From: an uncultured Lentisphaeraceae bacterium
GTDB taxonomy: Bacteria > Verrucomicrobiota > Kiritimatiellia > RFP12 > UBA1067
Reading direction: 5' to 3'
Assembly: GCA_964406095.1 (NCBI GenBank)
Contig: CAYOQJ010000120.1
Location: forward strand, 10,403 to 74,402
DNA length: 64,000 nucleotides
Part shown: one piece after another, positions 1 to 9,272 of the stretch
Position numbering within the stretch: position 1 is the stretch's first letter
How the letters are laid out: every line of letters begins with the position of its first letter
Translations under genes and position numbers: made by a program
Notes under the pieces: model-generated
Databases searched by the model: none
Seen by the model: only the letters and a program-made list of their open reading frames with translations
Told to the model about the DNA's origin: nothing

Positions 1-436
1 CTTTTATATCATTACTTTGTACGAGCAGGTCTATGTCCACCATATGCCGTTGTGACGGTTCAGCGTAGAGTGCTTCACTCAGCCAAGTGCCTTTGAGAGG
101 AATTACCGCTATGTTGTTTTGTGCAAAATGTTGCAGAATCAGAGTTGCCTGTCGGCGACGTTTTGTTGTGGTTTGCAGATGCTCCAAAGCCAGTGTGCGC
201 CAGGCAGCACCAACTGAATTATTTGCGACCTTGGCGTGTAGCGCAAACTTTTCGGGCAGTGAGCAACTTAGCCAGGGATAGAGAAAGTGTTCGATCCGAT
301 GCGCGCGCGCCTGTCGCAAAAGGTTGCTCCAATCTGCCTGATTCAAGTTCTCAGCTGGCGGAAGATTGTGGATGGCACACCGTAGCAGATCAACGAGTGT
401 ACGCCACTCATCAGGAATTAGGAGTGTTTGGTTCAT
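1..436 (-). CDS. nucleotidyltransferase family protein (uncharacterised NTP_transf_5-like), 3' end cut by window edge
   Basis: Not in the ORF track because no stop lies in the window. My own minus-strand translation from the ATG at 436-434 reads MNQTLLIPDEWRTLVDLLRCAIH...NNIAVIPLKGTWLSEALYAEPSQRHMVDIDLLVQ and stays open to position 1. The LKG..L...LY....R.M.DIDLLV pattern resembles that family. The start overlaps the thiE 3' end by 26 nt. Confidence 0.5.
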   Translation of the reverse strand, partial: MNQTLLIPDEWRTLVDLLRCAIHNLPPAENLNQADWSNLLRQARAHRIEHFLYPWLSCSLPEKFALHAKVANNSVGAAWRTLALEHLQTTTKRRRQATLILQHFAQNNIAVIPLKGTWLSEALYAEPSQRHMVDIDLLVQSNDIK

Positions 437-1058
437 CACGTATTCGGGCCCATATTTCCTGTAGCCGCATGATTGCATCGTATGGGTGCTTTGCTTGGCA
501 GACATATCTGACCACAGAGAAGTTAATTGCTCCGTTCTGAAGCACCTCGGCGAGATTGTCAGCATTGATGCCACCGATTGCAACGGTGGTGAAGGGGGCT
601 CTCTGAATAATTTTTCCGGCGCGTTGTACACCCAGTTCCGGGTCGGGCACTTCCTTGGTGGGCGTTGCGAATATCGGTCCCACACCACAGTAATTAGGAG
701 CGAGAGATTCAGCTGCGGCGGCTTGTTTTTCCGAGTGTGTAGAGAGGCCTAAGATACTGAGTTTCGGAAATTTCTGCCTGGCCAGCGGCAGGGGCATGTC
801 GGATTGACCCAGATGAACACCGTCAGCTTCGGATTCCACGGCCAGTTGCGGATCATCATTCACAATAAAGCGTGTGTTTGAATTACGTGTGATGGCACGC
901 AGATTCACCGCTTTTTCAAGGATTTCTCCGCGGGTGCGGTGTTTCATACGCAATTGAATATAGCGCAGTCCGGCCCTTACAGCATCCTCTGCACATCTTT
1001 CATACGAGGTGGCCGGATTGGTAATAACCAGATATAGTCCGAATGTTTCAATGCTCAT
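411..1058 (-). CDS. thiE: thiamine-phosphate synthase
   Basis: 215-aa ORF with TMP-synthase motifs: YIQLRMK, DGVHLGQSD, LGLSTH, NYCGVGPIFATPTK, VAIGGI. Confidence 0.9.
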   Translation of the reverse strand: MSIETFGLYLVITNPATSYERCAEDAVRAGLRYIQLRMKHRTRGEILEKAVNLRAITRNSNTRFIVNDDPQLAVESEADGVHLGQSDMPLPLARQKFPKLSILGLSTHSEKQAAAAESLAPNYCGVGPIFATPTKEVPDPELGVQRAGKIIQRAPFTTVAIGGINADNLAEVLQNGAINFSVVRYVCQAKHPYDAIMRLQEIWARIRDEPNTPNS

Positions 1059-1107
1059 ATTTTTGAAGGAAAAAAATTACCGCTGGGTTAACAAGCTTTC
1101 ACACATT

Positions 1108-2784
1108 TTACTTGGCGAAAAAGCTGTCGATCGTCTTTTTAATCTGGGCATTGCCCTCGCCTGAGCTGATTTTATTCCACTCCTCTTTCCATTTGGCTTT
1201 ATCGACCCCTTTGACACCGAGCATCTTGACAATGCCGCGCTGTGCGAGCACGCGATGTTTGTTGTCATCAGAGGTGTATGCAACCTTCATCAGAATTGGC
1301 AGAACATCCAGAGAATTCCAGGTGGATAGTGCCCGGATGGCTTCGGAGGACATTTCGGTATCCTCTGATCTGAGAGCTTCTTCGGTGTAATCAAGAAACT
1401 TCTTTTCTCCGATCCGGCTGAATGCACCCAGTAGCGAAATTCTCTTTTCGGGTTTAGCTTTATTCCAGGCATCGTCCAGCAGTTTCAGATAGGTTCCGGT
1501 TGTGTCGCGTCTTGTGGCTCCGGCGACCGCTTCCTGCACATGTCGGGCACGGGTGTGTTTTTCGCGAACCAGCCTGTTAATAAGAATCTCCGCCTGAGCA
1601 GGTCCGGCGCAGTCACGTAGCAGGCGATATCCTTGTGCCACTTGATCAGTGGCTGTACTTTTTATAGCCTCCAGAGCCAGGGCAACACCTTTCTCCGACC
1701 TTCTTTTTCCCAATATTGCGAACATGATCTTTTTGCCGTTCATGGAGTATGAATTAAAGTCGTCGATCAGATGCTGCTCCAGCAATTTCGTCGGCAGACC
1801 CATTATGAGTTTTTCAAAAAGATCAGATTGAGAGTCAGAAAGGCTACGCAGTACAGCGGGTAGAGCTTTTGCATAGGTCTGCTTGTCGATTTTGAGCATG
1901 GCCCGGTGAGCCGCAAGTGCAACTGTGTTGTCAGCATATCCTAGAAATCCGGAGAGAGCTTCAAGAGCTTCCGGGTTACCGCGAGTTCCCAACATGTCGA
2001 TCAGCATGGTTACGCGCACTGGATCATCGGTTGCGGCGAGTTTTTCACACCAGATTTTGGTTTCCTGTTTGCCACTGGCATGGAGTCGTTTCATGGCGGA
2101 GGCTGCCTGACGTGTACTCATAGTGCTTATTTTTTCCTGAATGTCGATTTGAGAGGCTTCCCGCATCGCGATACCGGCAATTTTGGGATCGGCATTTTCA
2201 AAGCCGCTGATCAAAGCTTTGAGCTTCTGTGGTCCGCTCACTCGGGCAATCTGCGTGCTGTATTCAGCGTAGACATTGGCTTGCGCATCCTTCTGTTGTG
2301 AGGCGATGTTGCCTTCGGATGCCAGAGCGGTGATGGCCGCCAGCGCAGCAACGCCCTTTTTCTCCGACTTGGTCAGTTTCTGTATGCCAACGGTCTGTTG
2401 CGGTGTTGTGCACCAGCGCAATTGATCGAGAAAGAAGCAGGCCACATCAGCCGCCGACGCTTCGCTGGCGGCTGCGAGCAGGGCGTCGGCATAGGCACTG
2501 CGAGTCTCAGGTTTAGCAGCAGTGGCGATAATTTGCGTCAATGCTGCGATACGCGTCAGTTCGACAGGATCGGATTTGTAATCCGGTTTGACCTCCGCGA
2601 ACAGTTTTTGATATGAATCCGGCGCTCCCTTAGCAATGGCTACAAGCGTTTTTGCATTTATGCCGTTAAGCTTTTCTTTTTCTTTTTCAGACCAATCAGC
2701 CGCTTTCAGAGGGTCTGCAGCAAGAATAGATAGTCGGCAGAGAGCAATAACAGCAACAATCATAGTATTTCTGAGTTTCATCAT
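1108..2784 (-). CDS. secreted alpha-helical repeat protein (HEAT/ARM-like), function unknown
   Basis: 558-aa ORF with an N-terminal signal-like segment (MIVAVIALCRLSILAADP). It is Ala/Leu/Lys-rich with helical repeats. No specific family recognised. Confidence 0.6.
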   Translation of the reverse strand: MMKLRNTMIVAVIALCRLSILAADPLKAADWSEKEKEKLNGINAKTLVAIAKGAPDSYQKLFAEVKPDYKSDPVELTRIAALTQIIATAAKPETRSAYADALLAAASEASAADVACFFLDQLRWCTTPQQTVGIQKLTKSEKKGVAALAAITALASEGNIASQQKDAQANVYAEYSTQIARVSGPQKLKALISGFENADPKIAGIAMREASQIDIQEKISTMSTRQAASAMKRLHASGKQETKIWCEKLAATDDPVRVTMLIDMLGTRGNPEALEALSGFLGYADNTVALAAHRAMLKIDKQTYAKALPAVLRSLSDSQSDLFEKLIMGLPTKLLEQHLIDDFNSYSMNGKKIMFAILGKRRSEKGVALALEAIKSTATDQVAQGYRLLRDCAGPAQAEILINRLVREKHTRARHVQEAVAGATRRDTTGTYLKLLDDAWNKAKPEKRISLLGAFSRIGEKKFLDYTEEALRSEDTEMSSEAIRALSTWNSLDVLPILMKVAYTSDDNKHRVLAQRGIVKMLGVKGVDKAKWKEEWNKISSGEGNAQIKKTIDSFFAK

Positions 2785-2853
2785 AGTATCCTTATTAAAA
2801 ATTAGCCAAAAACACGAAGTGTTTTATAATAAGTTCGCGTAGCAAAATTATGA

Positions 2854-4128
2854 TCAGACCTCCCAGGGCGAACGCATCTGCTGGTATATAAAGGCATTGG
2901 CCGCCGGGTCTCTGATGGCCTGCATCTTGACGGGGTCGAATTTGAAACCGCGTCCCAGCCGCATCGCTGTAATTCCCAGATTAACTATTGTGCAGGAGCG
3001 GAAACCGTTACGCTCATTCAGAGCAAATGGGCGACGTAGTTTGACAGATTCGATGAAATCGACCTGTTGCGGTGCCGGATCCGGCTGCTGCTGAATGACA
3101 TCTTCAATGTTGGCAATGTCAGATTTCATTTTGGGCCATAGTTTGCCTTTGGGGCCCTGCAGGAAAGGAGCATCTTTGAGTGAGTTGTTGCCGTCCAGAA
3201 TAATTCGACAGCCATCCGCGTATTTGTAGCTGATCCGATTGAACGAGCCTACTGCGTCGGGGTGCTGTTTGGGGCAGTCAATGTCTATTTCAATCGGGCT
3301 GGTGTTATCCTTGTTCATCAGATATTGCACCGGATCCAGATAGTGCTGGCCTATATCACCAAGACCGCCGCCATCGTAATCCCAGTAGCCGCGGAAGGTA
3401 CTGTGAGTGCGGTGTTTGTGATATGGTTTATAAGGTGCCGGACCCAGCCAGAGGTCATAATCGAAACCATCCGGGATCGACTGTGGTTCAAGGTTGACAA
3501 GTCCGCTCCACATGAATTTGAGATCGAACCCGGTGTGACCGCCGACAATAGCCGTCAGCGGCCAACCCAGTACGCCGCTCTCCACAACCTTTTTGATCTG
3601 TTTCACTTCGGTGCCGAATTTGTAGAAGGTGCCCTGGAAACGGAACCAGGTATTGAGGCGGAAAATTGTTCCGTTGGCCTTGACCGCCTCTTGCACACGC
3701 AACCCTTCTCCGATTGTGCGAGTCATCGGTTTTTCACACCAGATATCCTTGCCAGCCTGCGCGGCACGTACCGAAATGGGGCCATGCCAGTGGGGCGGTG
3801 TGCAGATATGCACGATATCAACATCCTTCATCTCCAGGATTTCACGAAAATCCTTGCAGCCGTGAATCTTGCCGTAACCCTTTTTCTCAGCCATCTGCAG
3901 ACCGTTTTTGACGCGGGTGGCGTCGGGGTCACAAACGGCGATCAGACGGGAATCGGTGTAACCCAGATGATTGCTTGATTTGGCGATACCGCCAAATCCG
4001 ATAAGAGCACGGGTGAGCTGGTTGCTGGGCGCGTTCTGTCCCCGCAGAATGTGTGCGGGCACGATGGAAAAAGAGGCTGCCGCCATGCCGCCTTTGAGAA
4101 AATGGCGCCGATTGAAATTCAAAGACAT
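2854..4128 (-). CDS. Gfo/Idh/MocA family oxidoreductase with twin-arginine signal
   Basis: 424 aa with a Tat-type N-terminus (NRRHFLKGGMAAASF), a Rossmann segment (LIGFGGIAKS) and the family motif CEKPM. Confidence 0.88.
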   Translation of the reverse strand: MSLNFNRRHFLKGGMAAASFSIVPAHILRGQNAPSNQLTRALIGFGGIAKSSNHLGYTDSRLIAVCDPDATRVKNGLQMAEKKGYGKIHGCKDFREILEMKDVDIVHICTPPHWHGPISVRAAQAGKDIWCEKPMTRTIGEGLRVQEAVKANGTIFRLNTWFRFQGTFYKFGTEVKQIKKVVESGVLGWPLTAIVGGHTGFDLKFMWSGLVNLEPQSIPDGFDYDLWLGPAPYKPYHKHRTHSTFRGYWDYDGGGLGDIGQHYLDPVQYLMNKDNTSPIEIDIDCPKQHPDAVGSFNRISYKYADGCRIILDGNNSLKDAPFLQGPKGKLWPKMKSDIANIEDVIQQQPDPAPQQVDFIESVKLRRPFALNERNGFRSCTIVNLGITAMRLGRGFKFDPVKMQAIRDPAANAFIYQQMRSPWEV

Positions 4129-4270
4129 TACTACACTCCTCTGACTTGCGATTAGTTAACAATTCGCATAACTCTAGCACACATCAGATGAGAGGTAAAT
4201 TCTAAACTTTTTTAAAGTCGCGCTTGATTTCCAGCCGTTTTTTGGTAATCTTACTCGCGTCTGATTCAAT

Positions 4271-4346
4271 GGCGATAGTAGCTCAGTGGTAGAGCCCCAG
4301 ATTGTGGTTCTGGTTGTCGCGGGTTCAAACCCCGTCTATCGCCCCA
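4271..4346 (+). tRNA. tRNA-His (anticodon GTG)
   Basis: Hand-folded cloverleaf: GGCGATAG...CTATCGCC forms an 8-bp acceptor stem including G-1:C73. The anticodon arm is CCAGA-TTGTGGT-TCTGG, the T-loop is GGTTCAAAC, and CCA is encoded. Confidence 0.9.
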
Positions 4347-4374
4347 ATTTTTGTGCCAGCGGTTTGATGGTGCG

Positions 4375-5595
4375 TCATTCACCTTCCAGGAAAACACGTC
4401 TGACCGCTTCCAGATATCCATATCCATACAGATCGCACGGCTGCAGATAACTGGTTTCAGTCCACTCGTTCCAACTGTTGACCGTTATCAGCGGTGCGTT
4501 TCCAGGTTGCGCGTCCACAAATGCCTTGGCTTCACGCAGGGCCTTTTCAAAATTGGCCGGAGTGTTGTTTTTTATAACTGCACCGAGTCGATTCGGCGTG
4601 CGTGGACTGCTATCCCATCCAACCGAAACATGCGGATAGTATGTTGCCGCATAGTCGGTTTTGACAACCGTCCACTCTTTTCTGACATCTTTCATGACCT
4701 CGTTGTAATCGCGGTTCACATCGGCGAAATGACAGAACTGATAGTGCGTGAGTGAGTCGAAGCCGAGTTTCTCGACAAGCTCTTTCTGTGTACCGAGGTT
4801 GTCTCCCGCAATTCCCGAGAGACTGCGGTCACTGTGCCTACGCAGTGAGAGTTGCAGCTCCAGCCCGGGATGTTCTGCTTTTTTAACCTCCGCGCGTAAC
4901 CACTCCAGCGCGGCGCGGGTCTCGTCCACTCCTCCCAGACCTTCAATCAGTTTGTTGAGGTCATAGATCATCAGAACGGGTTTGCCATCGATCTTGTAGT
5001 ATGAGGGGTGTGAAAAATAACGTTCAATCCAGCGGTGTGCTATCTTATCAAACTCTGCCCGGTTAACACTGCCGCGCCAGATCGTGGCTTTGTTGCGACG
5101 GGTCGCCGCATCATCGGAGTTGCGTCGATCCCACATCAGATTCACATCATGATTGGCCCACATCAGATAAAATTTTACGCGGTTGTTGTTCCGTGCCTTG
5201 AGATACCCTTCGTTCAGGCAGGCCTCTAAATAGGAGATACCGTCATACCAGTACCAGTCGTAGATGAAAACATTCACGCCGTGATCTGCCGCCGCTGAAA
5301 TCTGCATCTCCATCACATAACGATCGGCCTCATTGACATAACCCCAGACCGGCTTGCGCGGTTGCTGATGACCCTTAAAGTGTGCTTCATTCTTCATGAC
5401 AGTTTCCCACTCGCCAATTCCCATGGGCCAGAAGATTTTGGCGCGGTCGTCCGGATGGTAGGATGGCCAGACAAATGCCGCGATGTCATAGACTCGATCC
5501 TTTGGTTTGGCATCCTGCGCATGCGCTGTTGAAAATCCGCTTAATAATCCGATCACGGTGATTCCAAGAATTATTGAAAATTTTAATCTGCTCAT
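4375..5595 (-). CDS. glycoside hydrolase family 99-like / WbsX-like domain protein, secreted
   Basis: 406 aa with a signal peptide (ITVIGLLSGFSTAHA). Motifs: WPSYHPDD, FIYDWYWYDG, VSVGWDSSPR, NSWNEWTE. These are typical of the WbsX/GH99-like family as I remember it. Confidence 0.75.
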   Translation of the reverse strand: MSRLKFSIILGITVIGLLSGFSTAHAQDAKPKDRVYDIAAFVWPSYHPDDRAKIFWPMGIGEWETVMKNEAHFKGHQQPRKPVWGYVNEADRYVMEMQISAAADHGVNVFIYDWYWYDGISYLEACLNEGYLKARNNNRVKFYLMWANHDVNLMWDRRNSDDAATRRNKATIWRGSVNRAEFDKIAHRWIERYFSHPSYYKIDGKPVLMIYDLNKLIEGLGGVDETRAALEWLRAEVKKAEHPGLELQLSLRRHSDRSLSGIAGDNLGTQKELVEKLGFDSLTHYQFCHFADVNRDYNEVMKDVRKEWTVVKTDYAATYYPHVSVGWDSSPRTPNRLGAVIKNNTPANFEKALREAKAFVDAQPGNAPLITVNSWNEWTETSYLQPCDLYGYGYLEAVRRVFLEGE

Positions 5596-5599
5596 GGTC

Positions 5600-6763
5600 T
5601 TATTTTCTCCTTTGTTTTAATCTGATTTTTCTCATCGCGGCTATGGCTTCCAGACGACTCGCATCCGGCACGCCACCCCGCCCGATTGTCGGACAGAGCC
5701 AGCCGCCTTCGTCGTGCTCGTTCCAGGCATATACAATTACGGTTTGCGCCGGGCAATTTTCAGGTCGTTCTTCAGCCCATGTCATTGCCTCGTCGAGATG
5801 TCCCGCCAGCTCTTGCGGTGTTGGCAGCACATAAAATTTATCCAGCCCGACTCCCGGTTTCTGCCACGGCTCCCAGGGAACCGGGTGTTCTACTCGGGGA
5901 CGACGATCCCAGCCCGCCATTGCCAGCGGCACCACTTCGGCGCCGGTCGCAGCACACTCGCTCCAGAAAGCACGAGCCCGGCTGGTAAGTTCCGTATAGG
6001 GCGCGTTGCATCCTCCGCCTGAACGGGCATAGTCTGAGATCGCCTGAGCCCCGACAGCTTCCATTGCTTTTTTGCCGGCACTCGCCGCGCCCTGATGCAT
6101 TACAACCATATAAGGATCACCCGCTCCCGCAGCCACCGCGGCACTGCGTAAACCATCGAACAGCTTGCGTGCGCCTTCAGCACCGCCCCACATTTGAATC
6201 CATTTTTCGTCAGGCCGAAACAGATATAGCAGTGGACGGTCGCCGCAAACGCACTGGTAGCCGGGTTCACGCATGTAGCGCACAATGCGCTCAATCCCCG
6301 CTTGCCATGTTGCACGGCCTCCGAAGGTGGCGGGCGAAGCCACGGCGCAGAAGTTGACATCGCTTTTGCGCCGGCTGCTTAAATAGAGCGATAAGCACTG
6401 GCTCATGCTATTGTCTTCGTCATAGAGCAGAAACGCCCAATAGTCAATTCCGCCTGTTTTGGCGTAGGCGATCTCGCGGTCGATTACATCCTGTGTGTAG
6501 CCGTCGATGCGCAGTGTGTCATTGGTGTCCACCCGCGCGAAAAAGGGGGCGCGCCAGCGATAGCGGTGCGGATTGAGCGACCTCGCCATCGCGCGCACCG
6601 GACCGCCCTTCGCTCCATGCTCCTCCGCTGCGGCGGGTGTATGCCAGGCATCCCAGCGGATTGCGCCGATCGTCACAGAGTCATTATTCCGACTGTGCAA
6701 AGTTGTGCAGCCGATGGCTGCCACTAGGATAGATGATGCTATTATGGTGGTGATTTTTTTCAT
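5600..6763 (-). CDS. lipoprotein, putative glycoside hydrolase distantly related to the adjacent WbsX/GH99-like protein
   Basis: 387 aa with a lipobox (LVAAIGC). It shares GWDxxPR (AMAGWDRRPR) and WNE(H/W)xEG (YAWNEHDEGGW) motifs with 4375-5595. Its start lies 4 nt upstream of the start of 4375-5595, and its own start overlaps the PATR gene stop by 4 nt. Confidence 0.55.
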   Translation of the reverse strand: MKKITTIIASSILVAAIGCTTLHSRNNDSVTIGAIRWDAWHTPAAAEEHGAKGGPVRAMARSLNPHRYRWRAPFFARVDTNDTLRIDGYTQDVIDREIAYAKTGGIDYWAFLLYDEDNSMSQCLSLYLSSRRKSDVNFCAVASPATFGGRATWQAGIERIVRYMREPGYQCVCGDRPLLYLFRPDEKWIQMWGGAEGARKLFDGLRSAAVAAGAGDPYMVVMHQGAASAGKKAMEAVGAQAISDYARSGGGCNAPYTELTSRARAFWSECAATGAEVVPLAMAGWDRRPRVEHPVPWEPWQKPGVGLDKFYVLPTPQELAGHLDEAMTWAEERPENCPAQTVIVYAWNEHDEGGWLCPTIGRGGVPDASRLEAIAAMRKIRLKQRRK

Positions 6764-9255
6764 CGTACAATCATAAGCGTTGCCGGTGGATGTCCAATCA
6801 CATAGCCGGATGCTGTCAGATAAACGCGGTTGCCATTGTAGGTGATGCTGCTCAATTGAGCGGCGGTAAGACCGTCCGTGAAATGCAGACTCCGCGATTT
6901 GAGCGTGCCGCTGATTCCCAGGGTGCCGCTCCAGTCTTTGTCGCGGCTGCTGCCAAATGAGAGCTGCGCACCGTCATCGAGCGCCAGATTGCCGTTGCCA
7001 CGTACTCTGAGTGATGCGCCGGTGTTGGAGAATACGCTGGCATCCAGAGTGGCGTTCCACAGAATCACATCGCTCTCGGCAGGCAGGGTGTTGTCAGCGC
7101 CGAGACGCAGCGTTCCCGACCCCAGCACTGTTTGATTGGTGTAGGTGTTAGCACCGGATATCGTCAGTGTGTTAGTTCCCTGTTTGTAAAAGCGGCCGGA
7201 ACCGCTGATGATGCCGGAAAGTGTGATGTCTCCGCTGCCTTGCACGGAGCCATGCTTGTTCAGCGCGACTGCGCCGGAGCACTCGGCGGGTGCAAGCGGA
7301 TTGTTGTTCTCCAGATAACCGCCGTAACCCAGGGTTGAGCCGGAGTTGCCGCCATCTTCGAAGGAGAGCGGTTCGGAAATGGTCTGCCCATTCAAATCCA
7401 GTTTGCCGCGGTTGCCGTCGTCAAAGCGTCTGATCTGTGTGGCGCCCGCATTCGTACCCAACGCGTTGCTGTGACCCAGTTTGACTGTCCCGGAATAAAG
7501 GCGGGCTGAGCCGCTGAAGGGGTTGTCGCCATTTAGAATCAATGTGCTTTCCCCCCACCATTTCTGAAGCTGTCCGGTGCCTGATATCGTTCCATTCAGA
7601 GTTTGGTTTGTTCGCGTATTGAACATTAAAGTACTGCTCAACAGGATGTCGCCTGCATAGTCGCCGTCGCTCAGCAGCCCTCCTCGGCGCAGCTGAACTG
7701 TTCCTCCCAAAACTGACAAGTTGCCGGTGAAGGTCGTGTTTGTTTCAATGTTCACCGTGCTCGAACCATCTTTGATGAAGTTGCCCGGGCCGCTGACAAT
7801 GCCTCTCAGTATCATATCTCCGGAGCCTCTGAAGGTGCCGTGTTTATTGAGTGTAACCGCACCTCGCAGTACTGCGGTTGTCAGGGTGTTGTAGTTCTCG
7901 ATGAATCCGCCGTAACCGATATAAGTGCCTGAATTATTTGAATCCTCAAAGCTGAAAGTTTCGTCAGTGGAAAATCCGTTTAATCTAACACTGCCGCGGG
8001 TGGCATCGTTAAACCGGCGGAGTTGCGAGACACCGTTGGGCATGCCGAGAGCGTTTGAATGCCCTAATTTTATTATACCGGCGTTGATCGATGAAACGCC
8101 CTCAAAGGTATTTGATCCGGTAAGAGTCAATGTGCCGCCGTTCCATTTCGAAATCTGCCCCGGCCCTGCGATCACACCGCTGAATGTCTGTGAATTGTCG
8201 CTGTTATATTGAATCTGAGCATTACTGTTGAGATATACGTCGCCCGGTATAGTCGCGCCGTTTACCGTAGGGGCAAGTTGCAGTATGCCATCTCCGACAG
8301 CGATCGGGCCGGTGAAGGTGTAATCGCACTGCAGCCGAAGCTGACCCGGACCGCCTTTGATCAGGCCGGATGCGCCAGCGGCGTTGTTGCTGATTGCGCC
8401 GGAGATTGTGACCTGCTTGTTAGCTGGCAACAGAAGAGTCAGCTCGCGGCCGTTGCCTATGGTGATTGAGCTGTTGAGTGTCAGCGTTCCGGATCCGCAA
8501 TGCATGATGCCATCTGTTTTGAGGGCTCCGCTGATGGTTGCCGCTCCGCCGGTGTAACGCAGTGTGTGGATGCTTGCTTCCGCGCCGAGTGTGCCGCCGG
8601 CGCCGGTTTCATAGTTGACTGTGCCGGTTGTGTCGGTGATACCGGCTGCATTCGCCACCGCAGTGCCGGAGTAGTTTATAACTGAACCGTTGTTTACAGT
8701 GATGTAACGCGTGTTGGCACCGGAACCCAAATGCGCCCAGGGGCCGACAATACCGGTGGGATTGTTGACGACATTATGCGCTTTGACACTTCCCGTTCCC
8801 TGAACCAGCAGCAGTGCGCCCTGTTCACGTTCGAAGACACCGGTGTCAAGAGTCAGTGTTCGTCCAGTGGCCACATTCCATAACTGAGAGCGCCCTGCGA
8901 GCAGTTGCACTTCGCAGAGGATTGTGAGATCAACGGTTGCCGAACTCATACTGATGCCCGCGGCACCCAGCCTAAGGGTGTTGCCGGCGTCGATTGTTAC
9001 CGCGCCTCCGGGATTGATGATTTTGATGCCTGCCCATTCCAGATCCTCTCCGAGCGCCACGGTGCTGGCGCTGCTGACCGTTGCATCCCACTGCGCGACG
9101 TCCGCCGCGCCGGGCGCGACATTGCCGATCCAGCTCGACGCCAGGTTGAGATTGTCAAGGTTATTGGTTTTAGCGATGGTTGCGGCATTGGCCGAGGATA
9201 TCAAACAACACAGTATGGCGGCAGAGAATGCCGTCTTAAACATACCCTTTTTCAT
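6760..9255 (-). CDS. autotransporter-associated beta-strand repeat (PATR) protein, secreted
   Basis: 831 aa with a signal peptide (LCCLISSANA). It has many G(T/S)LTLxGxNT(F/Y)xG...G.L.LG repeats and an internal duplication of about 190 aa. Confidence 0.85.
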   Translation of the reverse strand: MKKGMFKTAFSAAILCCLISSANAATIAKTNNLDNLNLASSWIGNVAPGAADVAQWDATVSSASTVALGEDLEWAGIKIINPGGAVTIDAGNTLRLGAAGISMSSATVDLTILCEVQLLAGRSQLWNVATGRTLTLDTGVFEREQGALLLVQGTGSVKAHNVVNNPTGIVGPWAHLGSGANTRYITVNNGSVINYSGTAVANAAGITDTTGTVNYETGAGGTLGAEASIHTLRYTGGAATISGALKTDGIMHCGSGTLTLNSSITIGNGRELTLLLPANKQVTISGAISNNAAGASGLIKGGPGQLRLQCDYTFTGPIAVGDGILQLAPTVNGATIPGDVYLNSNAQIQYNSDNSQTFSGVIAGPGQISKWNGGTLTLTGSNTFEGVSSINAGIIKLGHSNALGMPNGVSQLRRFNDATRGSVRLNGFSTDETFSFEDSNNSGTYIGYGGFIENYNTLTTAVLRGAVTLNKHGTFRGSGDMILRGIVSGPGNFIKDGSSTVNIETNTTFTGNLSVLGGTVQLRRGGLLSDGDYAGDILLSSTLMFNTRTNQTLNGTISGTGQLQKWWGESTLILNGDNPFSGSARLYSGTVKLGHSNALGTNAGATQIRRFDDGNRGKLDLNGQTISEPLSFEDGGNSGSTLGYGGYLENNNPLAPAECSGAVALNKHGSVQGSGDITLSGIISGSGRFYKQGTNTLTISGANTYTNQTVLGSGTLRLGADNTLPAESDVILWNATLDASVFSNTGASLRVRGNGNLALDDGAQLSFGSSRDKDWSGTLGISGTLKSRSLHFTDGLTAAQLSSITYNGNRVYLTASGYVIGHPPATLMIVR

Positions 9256-9272
9256 TTAGCACTCCTTGTTTT

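Noticed and set aside
87-540. Plus-strand ORFs of 64 and 139 aa at the left edge.
   Set aside because: They overlap the minus-strand thiE 3' end and the nucleotidyltransferase-family ORF, which have recognisable motifs. The plus-strand products are Cys/Arg-rich with no similarity that I recognise.
2808-2826. An AAAACAC-GAA-GTGTTTT hairpin downstream of the oxidoreductase gene, considered as a terminator.
   Set aside because: It has a 7-bp AT-rich stem of low stability and no clear trailing U-tract on the minus strand. The evidence is too weak to annotate it.
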